A stretch of 39,732 bases of DNA from a virus (lineage: Duplodnaviria; Caudoviricetes): positions 1-39,732 of IMG/VR virus record IMGVR_UViG_3300037780_000111. The stretch is one strand, 5' to 3'. Both the position numbers and the translations under genes were made by a program. Each line of letters begins with the position of its first letter. Position 1 is the first letter of the stretch. Positions 20,036 through 30,398 of this stretch are shown here, in pieces. Under the pieces are notes generated by a model. That model saw only the letters and a list, made by a program, of their open reading frames with translations, did not search any database and was not told the DNA's origin.

Positions 20036-20867
20036 CGGTATAGTGGTTTTTGCACAGAATAACAGCACAACGGATTATGTAGAGCAAGCCTGTTTATTGG
20101 CCATGAGCTTAAAAGCAACAAATCCTAATACAAAAATATCTGTAATTACCAATGATGATGTTTCTGAGCACTATGTTAGTTTATTTGACAAAATAATTCC
20201 TATTCCATTCGGCGATGATGCATCTACTTCAGAATGGAAAATTGAAAATCGTTGGAAAATATACCATGCCAGTCCATATGAAAGAACTATTGTTTTAGAT
20301 AGTGATATGTTGGTATTACAAGATATATCAACTTGGTGGAATTTTTTAGATAATTATGACCTATTTTTTACTAACAAGGTTCTCACATATCGAGGTGAAA
20401 TTGTAACCAGTGATTTTTATCGTAAAACATTTACGGCAAACTGTTTGCCCGATCTTTATGTAGGACTTCATTATTTTAAAAAATCAGATTTTGCAAAGGA
20501 TTTTTATGCATGGATGGAACTTATAACAAACAATTGGGAATTGTTTTATGGTATTTTTGCAAAAGATTTTTATCCAGAAAGACCTAGTATGGATGTTACA
20601 GCCGCCATTGCTGCTAAGATATTAAATTGTGAAGCTGAAATTACAAACCAGTTATCTAATTTTCCTAGTTTTACGCATATGAAATCGAAAGTGCAAAATT
20701 GGTCGAACTCTAAAGAGTCTTGGCAAGACTGTGTTCACACATATATTTCGAAAGACCACGGTATTATAGTAGGAAATTATCTACAAACGGGAATATTTCA
20801 TTACACTGAAGATAGTTTTGTAACGGAACAAATTATCAATAAATATAGGTTATTATTAAATGTCTAG
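20028..20867 (+). CDS. GT-A fold glycosyltransferase-like protein (GT8-like)
   Basis: SPYERTIVLDSDML (DxD), FTHMK; start placed at ATG 20028 (AGGA RBS, aligns with paralog N-terminus) rather than TTG 19998. Confidence 0.68.
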   Translation: MSNGIVVFAQNNSTTDYVEQACLLAMSLKATNPNTKISVITNDDVSEHYVSLFDKIIPIPFGDDASTSEWKIENRWKIYHASPYERTIVLDSDMLVLQDISTWWNFLDNYDLFFTNKVLTYRGEIVTSDFYRKTFTANCLPDLYVGLHYFKKSDFAKDFYAWMELITNNWELFYGIFAKDFYPERPSMDVTAAIAAKILNCEAEITNQLSNFPSFTHMKSKVQNWSNSKESWQDCVHTYISKDHGIIVGNYLQTGIFHYTEDSFVTEQIINKYRLLLNV

Positions 20868-21474
20868 TCTAGCAGATCTCATCAAAGAAATAAACACTCA
20901 AATATCTACTGTATCAAAATCTTTTGTTTATTACGACAAAGAAACTGGAAAAATACAAAAAATATCCAATAAAAAGGTTGACAGTGATTTAGAATTTTTT
21001 GAAGTTGAGACAGAAACAGTTAAAGATATTATTGTTGGTAAAAAAAGAACAGAAGATTTCATTGTATCGTATGATTTTGCAAAAAAATCTTTAACTGTTA
21101 AAGAACTAGCACATGAATCTGAATTGAATAGTATAAAATACAAATTACATGATATTTCTAGATCTAAAAATGATTCTTATGATGTTAAAATCTCTCAAGA
21201 TTTAACCAAAAAATGCTGGAGAATATCATTGAGCAATGATACTAAAAAACAATTGATAGAATCAAATTACAATGCAAACGATAAATTTTATTTTAGTATT
21301 ACGCAACTTCATAATCCAATTATATTGTATAGATCTTTAGAAGTAAATTTACGGAAATTACTAAGTGATTCAGTTGAATACCCTTTCGAATATAGTTGGG
21401 AATCGCAAAAAGAAGAAATAAGCATTTATACACCTAAATTTTTTGATTCGTATTTTTATGAGGTAATAGATTGA
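20860..21474 (+). CDS. Hypothetical protein
   Basis: 204 aa, translationally coupled on both sides; no motif recognised. Confidence 0.6.
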   Translation: MSSLADLIKEINTQISTVSKSFVYYDKETGKIQKISNKKVDSDLEFFEVETETVKDIIVGKKRTEDFIVSYDFAKKSLTVKELAHESELNSIKYKLHDISRSKNDSYDVKISQDLTKKCWRISLSNDTKKQLIESNYNANDKFYFSITQLHNPIILYRSLEVNLRKLLSDSVEYPFEYSWESQKEEISIYTPKFFDSYFYEVID

Positions 21475-22397
21475 CCAATAAACTTAAAGTAATAGAATAT
21501 GACATTATCTATCTCAGTTATGATGAGCCTAATGCAGAGCGTAACTATGCAGATTTATGTCAAAAGGTTCCTTGGGCAAAGCGTGTTCATGGAGTAAAAG
21601 GCTCAGATGCAGCACATAAGGCGTGTGCAGAATTATCAGAAACTGATAGGTTTATTACTGTCGATGGCGATAACACAATAAATGAAAAGTTTTTGCAAGA
21701 AGAAATTACAGTTGATGGAGATCTAAGTAATTGTGTAATTAGCTGGGCTGCTAAAAATCAAATAAATGGATTGATTTATGGAAATGGTGGGTTAAAGTGT
21801 TGGCCAAAAGAGTATGTACTTAATATGCGCACACATGAAGCAGCTGATCCAAATAATCAACATGCTCAGGTTGATTTTTGCTGGGATGTTCGATACCTTC
21901 AAATAGAAAAATGTCGTTCGGAGATACACAACAACACAACACCCAAGCAAGCTTGGCGCGCAGGTTTCAGAGAAGGCGTAAAAATGTGTCTTGATAGGGG
22001 TATTCGACCATCTAAGCCTGATGATTTTTTTAAAAATGATTGGAGAAATCTTCATCGTTCTTATATTTGGATGACGGTGGGCGCAGATGCCGATAATGGT
22101 CTTTGGGCCATATACGGCGCGAGGGAAGGATTATACAGAACCTTGTTTACAGATTGGAATTTTGTAAATGTTAGAGATTTTGAATATTTAGATGATCACT
22201 GGAATCAAAATTTAGCAACCATATCAGAAGAAAACTTACAAGAAGAAATAGAAAAGCTAGGTAAACTTATCAAAAGTAGTATCGATATTCCTATAGATGT
22301 AAATCCGTTATTACCTGACCAAAGTAAGTTTTTTAAAACAGTTTATCAAAATCCTGGCAGAAATTCTAACCAACAATTTATAATAGATACGGAGTAG
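21471..22397 (+). CDS. GT-A fold glycosyltransferase-like protein (GT2-like)
   Basis: TTG start with GAGG RBS; DIIYLSYDEP first strand, FITVDGDN (DxD), YGNGGLK, AWRAGFRE; paralog of 23927-24610. Confidence 0.6.
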   Translation: MTNKLKVIEYDIIYLSYDEPNAERNYADLCQKVPWAKRVHGVKGSDAAHKACAELSETDRFITVDGDNTINEKFLQEEITVDGDLSNCVISWAAKNQINGLIYGNGGLKCWPKEYVLNMRTHEAADPNNQHAQVDFCWDVRYLQIEKCRSEIHNNTTPKQAWRAGFREGVKMCLDRGIRPSKPDDFFKNDWRNLHRSYIWMTVGADADNGLWAIYGAREGLYRTLFTDWNFVNVRDFEYLDDHWNQNLATISEENLQEEIEKLGKLIKSSIDIPIDVNPLLPDQSKFFKTVYQNPGRNSNQQFIIDTE

Positions 22398-22399
22398 AA

Positions 22400-23923
22400 A
22401 TGTCAAAAACTATAAATAATCTTGATTTTGAAAAGAATCAAAGCGGACAAATAGTTCAAAGCGAGTCAAACAGGGCAAAAATGAAAGATCTTTTAGATCA
22501 AAAAGGCTGCGGATTTTGTCTTGCCAAATGGACACAGGTAACTATGCATCTAGGTCCTGGTATTACACATAGTTGTCATCATGTTCGCGCTCACAAAATT
22601 CCTCTTGAAGAACTAAAAACTAATCCGAGTGCGTTACATAATACAGAATACAAAAAATCTATACGCAAGCAGATGCTTAACGACGAAAGACCGGATGAAT
22701 GTGATTATTGTTGGCGTATTGAAGATAATACTGATGAATACAGTGATAGAGTTTTTAAAAGCCTTGACAGCTATAGCGTTCATCATTACGATGAGATAGC
22801 ACAGACAGACGGCAATGAAAATGTATATCCTAGATATGTAGAAGTAAGCTTTTCTAATGTATGTAATTTTAAATGTAGTTACTGCGGACCTGCCTTTAGT
22901 AGTAAGTGGGGAGAAGAACTTAAACAGCACGGCGATTATTACATTCCTATAGGAGGCAATTATAATTCTATTGATTCAAACGAAGTAAGTATCAAAGAAA
23001 GGGAAGACAACCCTTATACTGAAGCATTCTGGAAATGGTTTCCAGATGCACTACCGCACATGCACACATTCCGTATCACAGGCGGAGAACCATTACTTAG
23101 TAAGCATACATTTAAAGTTATGGAATATCTTTTAGAAAATCCACAGCCAGAATTGGAATTTGCAGTTAATACCAATGCTTGTCCGCCCGACAAGCTATGG
23201 AAAAAGTTTGTAAACTTACTTAAACAATTAGAAGAACAGAAATGTGTCAAAAGAATGACAATTTTTGTTAGTGCAGAAAGCACAGGGTCACAAGCTGAAT
23301 ATAGTAGACATGGTATGGATTGGAGTGCATTTACTAATAATATCGAAGACATATTAGAAAATACCAATGATGTTAAAATAAGTTTTATGAGTGCTTTTAA
23401 TATTCTAAGTCTGCCTACATTCTTAGATTTTTTAAAGTATGTTTTATCATTAAAGGAAAAATATAGTAAGAGTACTACATTTAACAAATTAAGCGAAATT
23501 ATAAACATACCAAATGTAACAACTAGTAAAAGTGCAAATAGAGTGTCTATAGATATTCCTTACGTTAGACATCCTGACTTTTTAGATGTAAAGATTGCCG
23601 ATACTAACATGATCGAAAAATATCTATTTCCTTGTGTTGATTTTATGTATAAAAATATGAGTCACTATGAATGGAACGGTAATAAAGGATTTGAACAAAG
23701 CGAAGTAGCAAAATTTAAACGAATATTTTTAGACTGTGTAAACAGAAACAATAAAATAAAAAACGGAAATACAGAATTAGAAACAGATCAAAAAAAATCT
23801 CGCAGAAGATTTCCTTATTTTATTGAAGAATACGACAAAAGACGAAATTTAAACTTTAGAGAAATATTTCCTGAGTATATTGAATTTATTGAAAATTGTA
23901 AGAAGATAAACGAAAATAATTAA
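22400..23923 (+). CDS. Radical SAM protein with N-terminal twitch domain
   Basis: N-terminal FCLAKW...HSCHH...CDYCW; core CNFKCSYC; TGGEP; NTN. Confidence 0.85.
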   Translation: MSKTINNLDFEKNQSGQIVQSESNRAKMKDLLDQKGCGFCLAKWTQVTMHLGPGITHSCHHVRAHKIPLEELKTNPSALHNTEYKKSIRKQMLNDERPDECDYCWRIEDNTDEYSDRVFKSLDSYSVHHYDEIAQTDGNENVYPRYVEVSFSNVCNFKCSYCGPAFSSKWGEELKQHGDYYIPIGGNYNSIDSNEVSIKEREDNPYTEAFWKWFPDALPHMHTFRITGGEPLLSKHTFKVMEYLLENPQPELEFAVNTNACPPDKLWKKFVNLLKQLEEQKCVKRMTIFVSAESTGSQAEYSRHGMDWSAFTNNIEDILENTNDVKISFMSAFNILSLPTFLDFLKYVLSLKEKYSKSTTFNKLSEIINIPNVTTSKSANRVSIDIPYVRHPDFLDVKIADTNMIEKYLFPCVDFMYKNMSHYEWNGNKGFEQSEVAKFKRIFLDCVNRNNKIKNGNTELETDQKKSRRRFPYFIEEYDKRRNLNFREIFPEYIEFIENCKKINENN

Positions 23924-23926
23924 ATT

Positions 23927-24610
23927 ATGTATGATATAGTTTTTATAAGTTATCAGGAACCTAATGCAAACGAAAATTTTGCTAAATTAAAACAGAGATT
24001 TCCTCTAGCAAAGCGTGTTCACGGAATCAAAGGAATTCATCAAGCACATATAGCTGCTGCAAAACGTTGTTTCACTAAAATGTTTTGGGTCGTCGATGGC
24101 GATGCGCAAATAATAGAAGATTTTGAATTTGATTACAAAGTTGATGACTATAATCTAAAAACTGTACATGTGTGGCGTAGTATAAATCCTGTAAATGGAT
24201 TACAATATGGTTATGGAGGAGTTAAACTATTACCTAGGCGATTGACCATAGATATGGATACATCAAAGCCTGATATGACTACTAGTATAAGTGATTTTTT
24301 TAAATCTGTAGATAAAGTTTCAAATGTAACTGCGTTTAACACTGATCCATTTAGTACTTGGCGCAGTGCTTTTAGAGAATGTGCGAAATTAAGCAGCAAA
24401 ATTATAGATCGACAAAAAGACACAGAAACTGAAGAAAGATTACAAGCATGGCTGCATCCTATACCTGATGCATTTTTTAGACATGAAGCGAAAAGAGGTG
24501 CAGAACAAGGAAAAGAATACGGAGAAAAATTTGCAACTTCGACTGAAGATCTATTTAAAATAAATGACTTTGATTGGTTATATGAACAATTTTCAAGACA
24601 TACCCTTTGA
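23927..24610 (+). CDS. GT-A fold glycosyltransferase-like protein (GT2-like)
   Basis: YDIVFISYQEP, FWVVDGDA (DxD), YGYGGVK, TWRSAFRE; paralog of 21471-22397. Confidence 0.6.
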   Translation: MYDIVFISYQEPNANENFAKLKQRFPLAKRVHGIKGIHQAHIAAAKRCFTKMFWVVDGDAQIIEDFEFDYKVDDYNLKTVHVWRSINPVNGLQYGYGGVKLLPRRLTIDMDTSKPDMTTSISDFFKSVDKVSNVTAFNTDPFSTWRSAFRECAKLSSKIIDRQKDTETEERLQAWLHPIPDAFFRHEAKRGAEQGKEYGEKFATSTEDLFKINDFDWLYEQFSRHTL

Positions 24611-25568
24611 CAAAATAGTAAGATTTGGCCAGCAAACTATGCTAAACAGCCGTCTTTTCACGGTTTCGTGGATTTTGGCTAGATTTTGTAATTATAACTG
24701 CTCTTATTGCTGGCCTTACGCAAGATCTAGTACCCTCGACCACCAAGAATTAGAATTATACTTAAACACACTTGATAGTATCAAGACACAGGCCCGCGCG
24801 AATGGTTTTACAGATTTCCATTTCAGTTTTAGCGGCGGCGAGCCTACAGCATATAAACATTTTGACAAAATAATTGAGCACTATGCAAAAGATAACAATT
24901 CTGAATATCAAAGCATACATATGACAACCAATCTTTCACCTGGAATTAAATGGTGGAATCGTTGGTTAGAAAGTACTAAAAGTCTGCAACGTAGAAGTAT
25001 AACAGCAAGCTATCACGCAGAGTTTGCTGACGAGCAAGAGTTTGGAGATAAATGCTTGCAGCTAATAAATGAAGGTACTTTTGTTACGATCAATCAAGTC
25101 ATGGTTCCGGCACAGTTTGATGAATTATACAAACGCTTGGAACGATTTGCTGCTAGAGGTATAAACGTCACGCTTAAACCTCAGAGTGATCCAACAGCTA
25201 GTTTCGTTGTTGATGGCTACACTGAAGATCAAATAGTAAAAATGCAGACAGGATTCCCTCAAAAATGGCATGGAACTCAGATCTCACAAATAGAGCTAAT
25301 AGATGACAATAACAATAAGTATCACATAGACCAAGCTGAACGGTTTAATGCGTTTGGTTTTAACAAGTTCAAAGGATGGACCTGCAGTGCAGGATATCAA
25401 GGAATTGTAATTAGAGAAAACGAAATAAAACGCAGTTACAGTTGTCACGACGAACCTTTAGGAACTTTAACCGAAGGATTTAATATCTTTGATAAGCCAA
25501 GAAAATGTATTACACCGTCTTGTGTAAGCAGTGCAGATTCGAAAATACCAAAGGTAAAAAATGTATAA
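24582..25568 (+). CDS. Radical SAM protein with C-terminal twitch-like domain
   Basis: CNYNCSYC, SGGEP, TTN; C-terminal FKGWTCSAG...SC...CITPSC. Start ATG 24582 preferred over 24564 (shorter overlap), uncertain. Confidence 0.85.
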   Translation: MNNFQDIPFDKIVRFGQQTMLNSRLFTVSWILARFCNYNCSYCWPYARSSTLDHQELELYLNTLDSIKTQARANGFTDFHFSFSGGEPTAYKHFDKIIEHYAKDNNSEYQSIHMTTNLSPGIKWWNRWLESTKSLQRRSITASYHAEFADEQEFGDKCLQLINEGTFVTINQVMVPAQFDELYKRLERFAARGINVTLKPQSDPTASFVVDGYTEDQIVKMQTGFPQKWHGTQISQIELIDDNNNKYHIDQAERFNAFGFNKFKGWTCSAGYQGIVIRENEIKRSYSCHDEPLGTLTEGFNIFDKPRKCITPSCVSSADSKIPKVKNV

Positions 25569-26547
25569 TTATAAAGATATAAAAGAAGTTCATTTAGAGG
25601 TTACAAGTAAGTGTCAGGCACGATGTCCGATGTGTCCTAGAAGAATAAACGGCGGAATGTTAAATCCTCTAATAACACTTGATGAAATTACTTTAGAACA
25701 ATTTAAAGAATGGTTCCCAAGAGATTTTGTAAGGCAATTAAACAAATTGTTTATGTGCGGAAATTTAGGAGATCCTATAATTGCAGAAGATACGTTAGAA
25801 ATTTTTAAATACCTAAGGGATAATAATCCTAATATTAATCTTAGTATGCATACCAATGGCAGTGCTAGAAGTAAAAAATGGTGGCAAGATCTTGCTTTGT
25901 TAGATGTAACAGTTACTTTTGGTATTGATGGTCTAGCAGACACGCATCATTTATATAGAATTTCCACTGATTGGAATAAAATTATTGAAAACGCAGGTGC
26001 ATTTATAGATGCCGGTGGCGCAGCAGAATGGCACATGCTAGTATTCAGACACAACGAACATCAAATAGACGATTGTCATAAAATAAGTAAAAAAATGAAT
26101 TTTTACAAGTTTACAGCCAAGCATACTAGTCGATTTAAAGATGATAGATGGGCAGTGTTAGACGATGATGGAAAACCTGTACACTATCTAGAACCAACTG
26201 AAAAAAGCAAAAAGATGATACCATTGGTACAAGAAGCGACGCATACTGATAAACCTACTATTTTTTGTAAGGCAAAAAATCAATCGCAAATATATGTTGC
26301 AGCGAATGGGGTAGTAAGTCCGTGTTGTTGGTTAGATTTTGGGTGGATATTGCCGTCTCAAGAATCAAGAATTGATTATATGGATCGTATAGGTACGTTT
26401 CCAAATTTAAATAATATGTCGTTAAAAGATATTTTTGATTCCAATTACTTTGAACAAATAGAAGACACTTGGGCTAAAAAGCCACTGCAAGAATGTAGCA
26501 AGCAGTGTGGTATTTTCGATAAACTAGGAGCGCAGTTTGAAAATTGA
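25561..26547 (+). CDS. Radical SAM protein with C-terminal SPASM/twitch domain
   Basis: CQARCPMC, GNLGDP, HTNGS, GIDG; C-terminal C...NG.VSPCC...CSKQC. Confidence 0.85.
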   Translation: MYNYKDIKEVHLEVTSKCQARCPMCPRRINGGMLNPLITLDEITLEQFKEWFPRDFVRQLNKLFMCGNLGDPIIAEDTLEIFKYLRDNNPNINLSMHTNGSARSKKWWQDLALLDVTVTFGIDGLADTHHLYRISTDWNKIIENAGAFIDAGGAAEWHMLVFRHNEHQIDDCHKISKKMNFYKFTAKHTSRFKDDRWAVLDDDGKPVHYLEPTEKSKKMIPLVQEATHTDKPTIFCKAKNQSQIYVAANGVVSPCCWLDFGWILPSQESRIDYMDRIGTFPNLNNMSLKDIFDSNYFEQIEDTWAKKPLQECSKQCGIFDKLGAQFEN

Positions 26548-27139
26548 TATTCAAGACGTGCTGTTCTGGATGGATGCCATACGCAACAGCAAAGATAGGT
26601 ATAGAACACTTGAAAGCTTTTGGAAAGGCCAAGTAAATAGTAAACTTTGGTTAATCGAAAAACTTGAAAAATATATTTCATTGAAGCCTAATACTGTGTC
26701 AATCTATGGCGGGTGGAATGGAGTTTTGTCAAGCTTACTTTTTAATAGCGATATAAAAATAAGTAATATAATCAGTATTGATATTGATCCATTATGTAAG
26801 GAAATAGCAACAACAATCTGTAAAAGACAAGAAATAGAAGGCAGGTTTCAAGCAATTACTGCTGATATGTGCGATAATGTATTTGATACTGATATTGTAA
26901 TTAATACAAGTTGCGAACACATTACAGAAGAACAATATTCTCGATGGTTAAATAAAGTTAATCATCAATCAATTGTAGTTTTACAAAGTAATAATTATTT
27001 TGAGCTAGACGAACACGTAAGATGCGCAGACAGCATACAAAGTTTTTGTGAAAGTTCTAACCTCGAAATATTTTGGAGTGGAGAATTACAAACACAAAAA
27101 TATACTAGGTATATGATAATTGGAAAAAAGCATGGATAA
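26537..27139 (+). CDS. Class I SAM-dependent methyltransferase
   Basis: Motif I-like IYGGWNG, acidic SIDID, ADM, post-II DIVINTSCEH; TTG start overlapping upstream gene. Confidence 0.7.
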   Translation: MKIDIQDVLFWMDAIRNSKDRYRTLESFWKGQVNSKLWLIEKLEKYISLKPNTVSIYGGWNGVLSSLLFNSDIKISNIISIDIDPLCKEIATTICKRQEIEGRFQAITADMCDNVFDTDIVINTSCEHITEEQYSRWLNKVNHQSIVVLQSNNYFELDEHVRCADSIQSFCESSNLEIFWSGELQTQKYTRYMIIGKKHG

Positions 27140-28547
27140 ATTTTGGTATGATAACAACAATGAAGAACTAAAAAAATATCAAAAACAAATAGAGGAATTG
27201 TCAGAATCACCTACATTTTGTGTTCTTCCCTGGATACATTTTGCAACTCGACCCAATGGTGATATGAGATTGTGTTGTAGTGCAAATGCCAGCGGCGCGG
27301 GCTCAGATCACGAAGTGGGTCTTGTCAGAATGGAGAACGGTAAAGCAGCAAATTTTGGTCGAAATTCTCCTATGGAAGCTTGGAACAATGATTATATGAA
27401 AAGTGTCAGAACTACTATGTTGGATAAAAAAATCCCCAGTAGTTGTGCTAAATGTTTTCGAGAAGAAAGTCAGGGAGTTGTCAGCAAGCGAGTTTGGGAA
27501 ACTATGACATGGCAGTATGACCCTGATGGTATTGATATTCCTGAGTTAATTAAACAAACTGAAGAGGACGGAACTGTTCCGGAAAAATTAACGTATCTTG
27601 ACTTACGTTTAGGACATACTTGCAATATTAAATGTGTAATGTGTAGCCCGCACGATAGTTCAAAATGGGTTAAAGATTGGCAGAAGCTTATGCCTCAGTT
27701 GAAATCTCAAAATGTCAAAAATCAAATGCAATGGAATAAAAAAGAATTTAATAATTTTTGGCATGAAAAAGATACGTTTTGGGAAGAAATGTATCGACAA
27801 ATTCCTAATCTCAAACAAGTTTATTTTGCCGGCGGTGAGCCTTTAATGATTAAAGAACATAAAATGTTTATAGAGGAAATCATACGACAAAATTGCCAAG
27901 ATCAAATATTGTTACGCTATAATTCTAATGGATTACTGGTTGACGAAGAGCTAATAGAATTATGGAGCAAATTTAAAAAAGTAAAATTTGCAATATCTAT
28001 GGATGCTGTACATGAAAGAGATGAGTACATACGCTTCCCTACAGATTTTGAAACAGTGGAAGCTACTTTGCGAATGTTAGATAATACTCCAGACAACATT
28101 CAAACTAGTTTGGCAACTGCTATACAAATTTTTAACATAAAGCATTTGCCGGATTTTATGAAATGGAAAGTAGAAAGTAACTTTAAAAAACTAAACTCTG
28201 GAAATGTTCCGGGCGGCGTTCAAATGGGCGGCGGCCTTGTAAACATGCATTTGTTGTATATTCCAACGTTTCTGAGTATACAAATTTTACCCAAAGAAGA
28301 CAAGCAAGAAGTAGTTGACATTTTTATGAATTTTAAAGATTGGCTTTGGAATAATTATAGACAAGATGATGATTTTTGGAAAGTTAACCCATATGGTTGG
28401 CGTAGATGGGAGGCAGTTCTCAATCATATGAATGCACAAGATAAAAGTGATTTGTTACCGGATTTCAAAGAGTATGTTACTAAATTAGATAAGATTCGTG
28501 GATTAAATGCAGCAGATATATTTCCAGAACTGGGCCATTTGCTATGA
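27132..28547 (+). CDS. Radical SAM protein with N-terminal twitch domain
   Basis: FCVLPW...NGDMRLCC...CAKCF; core CNIKCVMC; FAGGEP; start ATG 27132. Confidence 0.85.
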   Translation: MDKFWYDNNNEELKKYQKQIEELSESPTFCVLPWIHFATRPNGDMRLCCSANASGAGSDHEVGLVRMENGKAANFGRNSPMEAWNNDYMKSVRTTMLDKKIPSSCAKCFREESQGVVSKRVWETMTWQYDPDGIDIPELIKQTEEDGTVPEKLTYLDLRLGHTCNIKCVMCSPHDSSKWVKDWQKLMPQLKSQNVKNQMQWNKKEFNNFWHEKDTFWEEMYRQIPNLKQVYFAGGEPLMIKEHKMFIEEIIRQNCQDQILLRYNSNGLLVDEELIELWSKFKKVKFAISMDAVHERDEYIRFPTDFETVEATLRMLDNTPDNIQTSLATAIQIFNIKHLPDFMKWKVESNFKKLNSGNVPGGVQMGGGLVNMHLLYIPTFLSIQILPKEDKQEVVDIFMNFKDWLWNNYRQDDDFWKVNPYGWRRWEAVLNHMNAQDKSDLLPDFKEYVTKLDKIRGLNAADIFPELGHLL

Positions 28548-29515
28548 AAGAAATAGTTAAAATAGAAACAATGGAGCCTAAAAATAGATTACGTATAGAA
28601 TTTATGATAGGAAATTATTGTAATTATAAATGTTGGTACTGCGGTCCATATGCAAACGGAGGCAATACTCGTTGGCCAAATGATTATGAATTTTTACTAA
28701 AAAATTTTAAACACTTATTGGATTTTTATATTGATAATGGTAGAGATAATTTTGAAGTTAATTTATTAGGAGGAGAGCCGTCTCTCTGGCCCAATGTTTC
28801 TAAGTTTGCTAGAGACTTAAAAGAGTTGTATAACGTAAAAGTTACAATGACTACTAACGGTAGTAGAACTTTGCGTTGGTGGGAACAAAACGCCGATTCC
28901 TTTGATAAAATATTATTCAGTTATCACCATAAGGAGGCAGATTTAGAACATTATATTCAAGTTTTAGATACTGTTTACGATAAAGGCATTCCTATCAATA
29001 GTTTAGTTATGATGGATCCGACAGTTTGGGACGAGTGTGTACAAGCAATAGAAAAAATGAAAGAAAGTAGAAGATCTTGGTTTATTTGTGCCATGGAAGT
29101 TCACCCGCCTCAATATACCCCGGAACAACGAAATTTTTTTAAAAAACATATAAAAAGGCGTCCACCTATATATCGACTTTTAAAAGACGAATACGAAAAT
29201 ATACTTAAAGGTAAAACAAAGGTTGTATATAAAGACGGACGCAAAGAAAAAATTGAACGTAATTATCTTTCTTGTAACGATTTAAATAACTTTAAAGGAT
29301 GGATGTGTAACATTGGCATCGAAAATATTAATATACAGAAAGATGGAAAGATAACTGGAATTTGCGGAAACTATGTTTATGGCGAAGAACGATTTTATAA
29401 TCTTTACGATCCTAATTTTGCAGAAGTTTTTCAACCTAAATTAAAACCAAGCCTTTGTACTAAAACAGGTTGCTGGTGCCAGCCTGAGATGTTAATGACT
29501 AAGTGGAAACTTTAG
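28544..29515 (+). CDS. Radical SAM protein with C-terminal twitch-like domain
   Basis: CNYKCWYC, LGGEP, TTNGS; FKGWMCNIG...GIC...CTKTGCWC. Confidence 0.85.
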   Translation: MKEIVKIETMEPKNRLRIEFMIGNYCNYKCWYCGPYANGGNTRWPNDYEFLLKNFKHLLDFYIDNGRDNFEVNLLGGEPSLWPNVSKFARDLKELYNVKVTMTTNGSRTLRWWEQNADSFDKILFSYHHKEADLEHYIQVLDTVYDKGIPINSLVMMDPTVWDECVQAIEKMKESRRSWFICAMEVHPPQYTPEQRNFFKKHIKRRPPIYRLLKDEYENILKGKTKVVYKDGRKEKIERNYLSCNDLNNFKGWMCNIGIENINIQKDGKITGICGNYVYGEERFYNLYDPNFAEVFQPKLKPSLCTKTGCWCQPEMLMTKWKL

Positions 29516-30398
29516 TAATAGGAATATCAGCAGCACATGTACACCATTTGCGGGTACATACAATTGTTTCTTGAGGTATTTCAAAACTACCATTGTATAT
29601 ATTGCCTAAACTTCCACCTACTCTGCATGTAGCTCGATATACTTCTCCGTTCCAGTTGATCATCAGGCTTTCTAAACCAGCTGCACAATTCCATCCTTGA
29701 AATTGATTTCTGTGTTCTTTTATGATGTCATTTGCGTGAACGAGTTCATTGTCATCTATTATACAATTAGGTTTAACGGTTGATTTTCGATCCAATATCC
29801 ATTGTAGATCTTCAGAAGAATATTTTAGGTCATCAAACCAATCATGTTTTTCAGTCCAACGAATACGTCTAACTACATAAGGTATTTGATGATTACCGAA
29901 AATTTTTGCACATTGTTTAACTCGATCCATAAATTTGTAATGAGCCATTAAATTGATTTGGAATGGAATCTTTCTTTCTGCTTCGTTTAACTTTGAAAAA
30001 TATAGAATGTTGTTAACGCATCTTTCCCAGTTATTGTCATCTTCGACATGCAAACTAAACACATAATGATTTACAGGCAGTCTTGCATATAATTTATGTG
30101 ATAATGTACCGTTAGTTGTGATATTAATCCAGTTTAGTTTCTGTGCAGCATGATCGATTATATCTATAATACGAGGATGTACGCACGGCTCTCCTCCGGT
30201 AAAACTTAAACGCACAGGTCGTTCTAATTCTGCCAGTATATCTATTGTAGATATCATTGTTTTAATATCAGTATGCTTACTGAAATTATCATGTATTTCT
30301 GCAGGACAGTATGTGCAATCTAAATTACAGCGTTTTCCGATATTCCACTCGACATGTATATTATTTTTATGATCCCAACGATTTTCGACTTTATACAT
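29499..30398 (-). CDS. Radical SAM protein with C-terminal twitch-like domain
   Basis: CNLDCTYC, TGGEP, TTNG; FQGWNCAAG...ATC...CTRKWCTC; start ATG 30398 overlapping upstream stop. Confidence 0.85.
   Translation of the reverse strand: MYKVENRWDHKNNIHVEWNIGKRCNLDCTYCPAEIHDNFSKHTDIKTMISTIDILAELERPVRLSFTGGEPCVHPRIIDIIDHAAQKLNWINITTNGTLSHKLYARLPVNHYVFSLHVEDDNNWERCVNNILYFSKLNEAERKIPFQINLMAHYKFMDRVKQCAKIFGNHQIPYVVRRIRWTEKHDWFDDLKYSSEDLQWILDRKSTVKPNCIIDDNELVHANDIIKEHRNQFQGWNCAAGLESLMINWNGEVYRATCRVGGSLGNIYNGSFEIPQETIVCTRKWCTCAADIPITKVST

Noticed and set aside
22411-22418. Exact TATAAATA just inside the 22400 gene (also at 38120-38127)
   Set aside because: Intragenic in AT-rich sequence; ATG 22400 has a good GGAG RBS, so chance is the simpler reading, though an internal start at 22481 is possible.
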